Shown: one piece after another, positions 60,101 to 64,000 of the stretch
Numbering within the stretch: the stretch's first letter is position 1
Layout of the letters: every line of letters begins with the position of its first letter
Source: an uncultured bacterium
GTDB taxonomy: Bacteria > Patescibacteriota > Patescibacteriia > CAIQCM01
Direction: 5' to 3'
DNA: 64,000 nt
Assembly: GCA_963708045.1 (NCBI GenBank)
Contig: OY970181.1
Location: 131,740-195,739 of the forward strand
Translations under genes and position numbers: made by a program
Notes under the pieces: model-generated
What the model saw: only the letters and a program-made list of their open reading frames with translations
Told to the model about the DNA's origin: nothing
Databases searched by the model: none

Positions 60101-61399
60101 ACCAGCAACAGGACTACTTCGCGCTGTCCAAGTAATACCATCTGGTGAAGTCATTACTTGATTAGCCGAACTACCCTGATCCTGTGCAACCGCCACAAAA
60201 GTTCCATTGCCATAGGCAACCGAACTCCAAATATTAGTATTTGCCGGTGCGCGACTGGTCCAAGTAACACCATCGGGCGAAGTCATAACTTGTTCGGCTG
60301 TTGGATAGGCGGCATTACCTTTGCCAACGGTAACAAAAAGACCATTGCCATATGTAACCCCACGCCAAAATTGATTATTCCAAGAACCAGACGTTCTTTT
60401 TGTCCAATTTACACCATCGCTTGAGGTAAGGGCGAGAAAGGCAGACGTGGAATTAACTTGATCTCCAACCGCAACAAAGGTGCTATTGCCAAACGCTATT
60501 GAATACAAACCGCTGTATTGATTTGAGTCGCCGCTAACCGTACGCATAGTCCAACTAACCCCACCAATAGAGGTAGCTATTTTATATCGTTTAGTACCTA
60601 TGGTTGCATTGTCTGTGCCAACGGCGACATATACTCCATTGCCGTATGATACGCTAGTCCATCTATCATCACCATCATTGGTATATGGACCACTGGGAAG
60701 ATCGTCGCCAAATTCCCAATCTCCCCATGTGCTTGAAGTTGAACCACTGCCACCGGTACAATTTGTCCCATCAGCAAGACAGACCTTGACGCCGTTTTGC
60801 GTAATATCACCGCTAGCATTTAGCGTACCCGTGATATCCAATTTATATGCTGGATTAGTGTTACCAATACCGATGTTGCCGATAGTATGACCAGAGTAAT
60901 CACCATCTATTCTCATTCTTTCAACTCCATTTGACGAGAATCTAATTGCAGACCTTCCATCATCGCCCCTAGCAGAACCAGACATAAATATAGAACCTCC
61001 TGTAGCTGAGCCAGGAGCTTCTCCATAAAGCTCAAGCCCTCCACCCGTTCCAAACAAAGTTCCCCAACGTTGATTAATTGCATCAAAAGCAAACCCAGCC
61101 GTACCAGATTTAACTTCTAATTTGTATGTAGGCGTCGTCGTTCCAATACCGACACTCCCGCCAAAAATTCCGCCGCCGCTAAGCCAAAAACTTCCCGTTT
61201 GCGCGGCTGTGTTTTGGTTCCAAATCGGTGGGGCAATATTATTGTTCGGCGGCGATGCTGATGGCTCTGACCAAGTTTGCGCCAAAACTTTACTGCCAAA
61301 AATTCCTAGACCGGCGATTATTAAAAGACAAAATAAGCCGACACCGGCGCGAAAACGGAAATACTTGAATCGCTTTTCCGCTTTTTTAAAATTTACCAT
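57137..61399 (-). CDS. giant (1420 aa) cell-surface protein with Asp-box (BNR) beta-propeller repeats and tail-fibre-like GNVGIGTT repeats
   Basis: N-terminal anchor/signal. Six or seven repeats S-x-D-G-x-T-W-T-x-R...YGNG-x-FVAV. Repeated GNVGIGTTSPGAKL / GNVGIGTATPGTKGEV / GNVGIGTAVPTSKLQV motifs. Internal about 150-bp tandem DNA repeat near 59270-59580. Confidence 0.65.
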   Translation of the reverse strand: MVNFKKAEKRFKYFRFRAGVGLFCLLIIAGLGIFGSKVLAQTWSEPSASPPNNNIAPPIWNQNTAAQTGSFWLSGGGIFGGSVGIGTTTPTYKLEVKSGTAGFAFDAINQRWGTLFGTGGGLELYGEAPGSATGGSIFMSGSARGDDGRSAIRFSSNGVERMRIDGDYSGHTIGNIGIGNTNPAYKLDITGTLNASGDITQNGVKVCLADGTNCTGGSGSTSSTWGDWEFGDDLPSGPYTNDGDDRWTSVSYGNGVYVAVGTDNATIGTKRYKIATSIGGVSWTMRTVSGDSNQYSGLYSIAFGNSTFVAVGDQVNSTSAFLALTSSDGVNWTKRTSGSWNNQFWRGVTYGNGLFVTVGKGNAAYPTAEQVMTSPDGVTWTSRAPANTNIWSSVAYGNGTFVAVAQDQGSSANQVMTSPDGITWTARSSPVAGWISVAYGNGLFVAVSAGTQIMTSPNGITWTSRTSATAASGYNVTYGNGKFVIVAAYNAPAIIESTDGITWRIATSPDNPNSGQVYWMSVVAGQDEFVTVSYAAHSAHSYNGTNPSGGSGSGSAPISIIYSGTSSCPAGYTAGRPTDGKAYWSSPSGSFIHDGNSYTLATDGTWTTAGTGTAGRVCLSNSAPIVYSNTSSCSTGYTAGRSVDGKAYWSSPSGSFIHDGYIYTLATSGAWTTSSYSASNIGRVCLFASGSGGSISGSGTLNYLPKFTPDGATLGDSQVADDGTNVGIGTSAPASKLHVYTTTIADGMSIDGPNAPALNIKNAGVAKVFLGLATSVGQYVTGSLANDLILRTEDTTNGNMFFVRGTTMIMKLATNGYVGIGTTVPNSLLDVAASDATTYTATTVPNPAIRITNPNATVNNGASLRFSTGDTAGSIVGTSFISAVFTSHTVGSTAGDLVFQMRNAGVVGEVMRLTSIGRLGIGTATPSYLLDVNGEVNGTSLCIAGNCKTSWPAAGGTNYWTASGNNIYSNNTGNVGIGTTSPGSKLSIVEGAGAPGKSFELYFGSGANRPLTMGVSRSNGDAWMGWNAYQGTGDTQTYAVSNYAAMIKSSDGLIFLVAPSGTAGNTISWTNAMSILSNGNVGIGTSSPGAKLETVSGTSTQYAVGQQIVQRLGRPNIDGLVWPEIVDFTIGRYSAGVATAPKTRFDINLKNADSAAQLADVTVMTMQSDGNVGIGTTTPNEKLVVGSDLGALTANTAIVVGDTAADSAIYVGQGGGGVGSIKWVYNGTVVNAAMQIVTAGYSNPVKIDGSSVLLQSGSSGNVGIGTATPGTKGEVYRLETGVRTSYSDILTISAAANTLPYGGHGGGILFRATNYLSGAGNATTLVNSARIGSTITDNSVTHTGASLFFDTTPLEDGVLARAMTILYNGNVGIGTAVPTSKLQVIGLPVYANNAAAITGGLSAGAFYRTGADPDIVCVVH

Positions 61400-61477
61400 A
61401 TATTTAAAATGACTAATTTATACCTAGTTTGTATTCTATTATAGAACAAGCGATATTTTATGTAAAACGAGAAGGAG

Positions 61478-61760
61478 TGTACCGAGAAACGAACTCCCCC
61501 TACCCCCTCTTTTGCAAAGAGTGGGCTAAGACTGACTACAGATCATAAGTCTGCGATTATACAAAGAGAGACGATAAAAGGCGCGAAAAATCTTAGTCCT
61601 CCCTTTGGTAAAAGGGAGGGTAGGGAGAGTTCTGTTTTATTACGTTAGAACGAAACGAACTCCCCCTACCCCCTCTTTTGCAAAGAGTGGGCTAAGACTG
61701 GTTACAGATCATAAGCACATCATTGCGCAAAGAGGGGGCGAATATTTTTGTACATTTTAT
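61478..61760. repeat. Family-C composite hairpin repeat element (two tandem units)
   Basis: Two units starting cgaaacgaactccccctaccccctcttttgcaaagagtgggctaagactg at about 61480 and about 61652. Confidence 0.55.
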
Positions 61761-61816
61761 GAAAAGACAGATAATGGTAGTATTAAGCAGGGTTAATTAA
61801 CAAACCTTTTGTATAT

Positions 61817-62404
61817 ATGCACAGGAAATTTCCTTTTGCGCTTATTGTCATCATTATTATTTCTAGTTCTTTTTTAACCAGCTTTGCGATTGTCGCCCAT
61901 CTCTATAGCAAGCCACAGAAGACGAACAAGCTGGGGACCGATTATATGTATGGCTATTCAGCCGGCACCAACGATGCCAAAAAACTACTCGCCGCGAGCG
62001 GAATAATTATTCCTTCAATTTCTCCAGAAATTACTTCTCTTTCGGGAACAATCAAATCTATTAGCGGGGACATGTTAGTAATGACCGTTCTTGGGGACGC
62101 ACCGACCGACTCTCTTAATACTCAAGAATTAAACGAGCGTGTTGTTTTGGTTTCTGAGCAAACAAAAATTATTTCCAGAACCTCAAAAACTACTGCCGAG
62201 ACAGCGGCCGAGTTTAAGGAACTGCAAAAAAGCACAAAAGCGGGGAAGCCACTGCCACCACCAAGTCCTTTTAAAGAAACTGCTGTTAAAATTTCCGCTC
62301 TTAGCGTCGGAACAACGATAACCGTAACCGCGAACGAAAATATTAAAAATGCCAACACGATAAACGCAACGGAAATAACTTTTACGAGCGTTGGGACGAA
62401 ATAA
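61817..62404 (+). CDS. hypothetical secreted protein
   Basis: Signal/anchor FALIVIIIISSSFLTSFAIVA. 195 aa. Terminator hairpin downstream. Confidence 0.45.
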   Translation: MHRKFPFALIVIIIISSSFLTSFAIVAHLYSKPQKTNKLGTDYMYGYSAGTNDAKKLLAASGIIIPSISPEITSLSGTIKSISGDMLVMTVLGDAPTDSLNTQELNERVVLVSEQTKIISRTSKTTAETAAEFKELQKSTKAGKPLPPPSPFKETAVKISALSVGTTITVTANENIKNANTINATEITFTSVGTK

Positions 62405-62470
62405 GTTTTTAAGGTCATAGATCAAAAACCCTCATCCGCCCTTTCGGGCACCTTCCCCCATTTTTGGGGG

Positions 62471-62516
62471 AAGGAATAATAAAATAAAAACCTCCCCGCG
62501 GCAAGCGAGGGAGGTT
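62471..62516. terminator. bidirectional Rho-independent terminator between convergent genes
   Basis: ACCTCCC-cgcggcaagcga-GGGAGGT stem with an A-run on the left and TTTTTTG on the right. Confidence 0.55.
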
Positions 62517-62533
62517 TTTTGTTTGTTTAAAAT

Positions 62534-63097
62534 TTATTCCGTGGTTCGTTCCACGTACTCGCCGGTTTCGGTAGAGACAACGACTTTTTCGCCTTGTTTG
62601 ATAAATATCGGCGCGTTGATTTTTAAACCCGTTTCTAATTCTATTTCTTTGCTCGCGCGGTTAGACGTGTCGCCGCGTACGGCGTCCGATGCTTGCGTCA
62701 CCACGTAAGAAATTTTCTTAGGGAGTTCAATGTTCACCGGATTGCCTTCAAAAAGGACAATCATACAATCCAGTCCTTCTTTTAAATACGACATTCGGTC
62801 GCCGATCATTTCCTTGGGTACCGCAACTTGTTCATAGCTTTTTTGATCCATAAACGTGGAAGTTGTGGCATCCGAGAAAAGATATTGCATCTTCTTTTTT
62901 TCCACGTCCACAACGTCCAATTCTTCACCGGACTTAAAAGTATTTTCTACAACTTTGCCCAAGCGAACATTCTTAAGGCGCGTGCGCACAAAGGCCGAGC
63001 CCTTGCCCGGGTTAACATGCTGAAATTCCACGACCGCATAAAGGTCGTTTTTCCAGCGAATGACTACGTCTTTTGCGATGTCGGCAGTGGTTTTCAT
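62534..63097 (-). CDS. efp: elongation factor P
   Basis: 187 aa. KOW-like N-domain with conserved loop VNPGKGSAF carrying the modifiable Lys. Confidence 0.9.
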   Translation of the reverse strand: MKTTADIAKDVVIRWKNDLYAVVEFQHVNPGKGSAFVRTRLKNVRLGKVVENTFKSGEELDVVDVEKKKMQYLFSDATTSTFMDQKSYEQVAVPKEMIGDRMSYLKEGLDCMIVLFEGNPVNIELPKKISYVVTQASDAVRGDTSNRASKEIELETGLKINAPIFIKQGEKVVVSTETGEYVERTTE

Positions 63098-63101
63098 AAT
63101 T

Positions 63102-63174
63102 AACTTTTAACTGTTAACTTTTAACTGTTAGGCTCCGTCCGTCCTAAAAGTTAAAAGTTAAAAGTTAACAGTTC
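63102..63174. repeat. Family-B inverted-repeat pair with about 16-nt spacer
   Basis: Left aacttttaactgttaacttttaactgtta, right aaaagttaaaagttaaaagttaacagtt. Lies between efp and epmA. Confidence 0.55.
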
Positions 63175-63175
63175 G

Positions 63176-64000
63176 TCAGCTAAATATTTCCGATGCTGGA
63201 AAGAGGAGAACGTCGTCAATATTTTTTGCGCCGGTAAGCAACATCACGAGCCTGTCCACGCCAAGCGCGTTTCCGGCGGCGGATTTTATTTCGCCGAGTG
63301 CGGCGAGCAAATCTTCGTCAAGCGGCGGAACGTCTTTGCCGAGCCCTGCGCGTTCTTTTGTTTCTTCTTCAAAGCGACGGCGTTGCTCTGCCGGATTAAC
63401 CAATTCGGAAAACGCGTTGCATAATTCCATTCCGCCAGCGTACGCTTCAAACCGTTCGGCATAGCGCGGGTCATCTGTTTTTGCCCGAGCGAGCGCCGCC
63501 ATTTGAATTGGATAATCGTAGAGAATTACCGGCTCGTCCTTTCCAAGTTTAGACTCAATTTCGGTTAGAAAAATCTTAAAAAAACAATCGTCAAACGAGT
63601 CGTTCGGCGAAACGGCATATCCGCGTTCGGTTGCCGACGCAGCCATATTATCACGGGTTAATATTTGGTCAAGATTTAGCCCGATTTTAGCAAAAGCATC
63701 TTTTACCGAAAGACGTTTCCATGAACCATGAAACATGAACCATGAACCATTAACCGCTTGTGCGCAATATTTAACTAATCGCTCTGTATCATCCATCATT
63801 TTATTGTAGTCAGCATCAACACGATACCACTCTAGCATTGTAAACTCTGGGTTATGCGTCGCGCGGTCGCCAAAGCGTTTGCCAAACGGTTCTTCGTTTC
63901 TAAAAACTTTTCCCAGTGAAAAAATTTTGTCCATTCCGGCGGCCAACATTTTTTTGCAAGAAAATTCGGGCGAGGTAATTAAATATGCTGGTTGTTTTTT
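63176..64000 (-). CDS. epmA: EF-P lysine34 beta-lysyltransferase (EpmA/PoxA, class-II LysRS paralog), N-terminus beyond window
   Basis: Class-II aaRS motifs: FRNE, EFTMLEWY, GGMELCNAFSEL, GLGVDRLVMLLTG. Frame stays open to the window edge past the first Met at 63949. Confidence 0.75.
   Translation of the reverse strand, partial: KKQPAYLITSPEFSCKKMLAAGMDKIFSLGKVFRNEEPFGKRFGDRATHNPEFTMLEWYRVDADYNKMMDDTERLVKYCAQAVNGSWFMFHGSWKRLSVKDAFAKIGLNLDQILTRDNMAASATERGYAVSPNDSFDDCFFKIFLTEIESKLGKDEPVILYDYPIQMAALARAKTDDPRYAERFEAYAGGMELCNAFSELVNPAEQRRRFEEETKERAGLGKDVPPLDEDLLAALGEIKSAAGNALGVDRLVMLLTGAKNIDDVLLFPASEIFS

Noticed and set aside
35268-63174. Whether family-B AAGTTAAAAGTT repeats form a CRISPR array.
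   Set aside because: The units are arranged as inverted pairs at dispersed loci rather than as direct repeats with unique spacers of fixed length. There is no cas gene in the window.

Overview
This 64 kb window looks like a small-genome bacterium, probably Candidate Phyla Radiation / Patescibacteria. That placement is an inference from a 16S gene with a non-canonical 515F site, an rRNA gene that is not followed by 23S, many type IV pilin paralogs, and a compact housekeeping set.

Housekeeping genes (the ribosomal S16, KhpA, TrmD, RuvC and YebC calls below were recognised from the translated sequence; the ORF track gives only coordinates and peptides):
- malic enzyme, a GT2 glycosyltransferase, rpsP, a KhpA-like KH protein, trmD, ruvC, yebC, rpoB-rpoC, ftsK, recA, and efp with a partial epmA
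- an HD hydrolase, a GalT-like gene next to a TrmB-family regulator, a NYN-domain protein and a SixA-like phosphatase

RNA genes:
- a complete 16S rRNA (8687-10179) with its own terminator and no 23S downstream
- nine tRNAs; two in a four-tRNA cluster (3875-4461) carry 45-60 nt insertions in the anticodon loop

Accessory content:
- 12 paralogous type IV pilin-like genes in two arrays (5.0-6.8 kb, 19.3-22.8 kb, 37.1-40.3 kb); six are fused to a LamG/concanavalin-like C-terminal domain
- a cell-surface gene island (10.4-19.2 kb): a dockerin-like protein, a 1047-aa protein with a WxL-like C-terminal domain, a second WxL-like protein, a DUF916/DUF3324-like anchor protein with a LysM tail, and a beta-lactamase-like hydrolase
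- a 752-aa cysteine-rich repeat lipoprotein
- a 1420-aa surface protein with Asp-box (BNR) propeller repeats and tail-fibre-like GNVGIGTT repeats
- an IS481-family insertion sequence with 13-bp terminal inverted repeats beside tRNA-Ile

Repeats:
- Family A: about 100-nt palindromes bounded by GGCGTCATYCCGAG / CTCGGRATGACGCC, seven copies
- Family B: inverted pairs of AACTTTTAACTGTTAACTTTTAAC, one pair enclosing a four-helix-bundle gene between ruvC and yebC
- Family C: composite hairpin elements, three copies
- telomere-like TTTAGGG runs at two intergenic sites

The most unusual items are the insertion-bearing tRNAs, the family-B pair that encloses a gene, and the pilin array linked to repeat elements.
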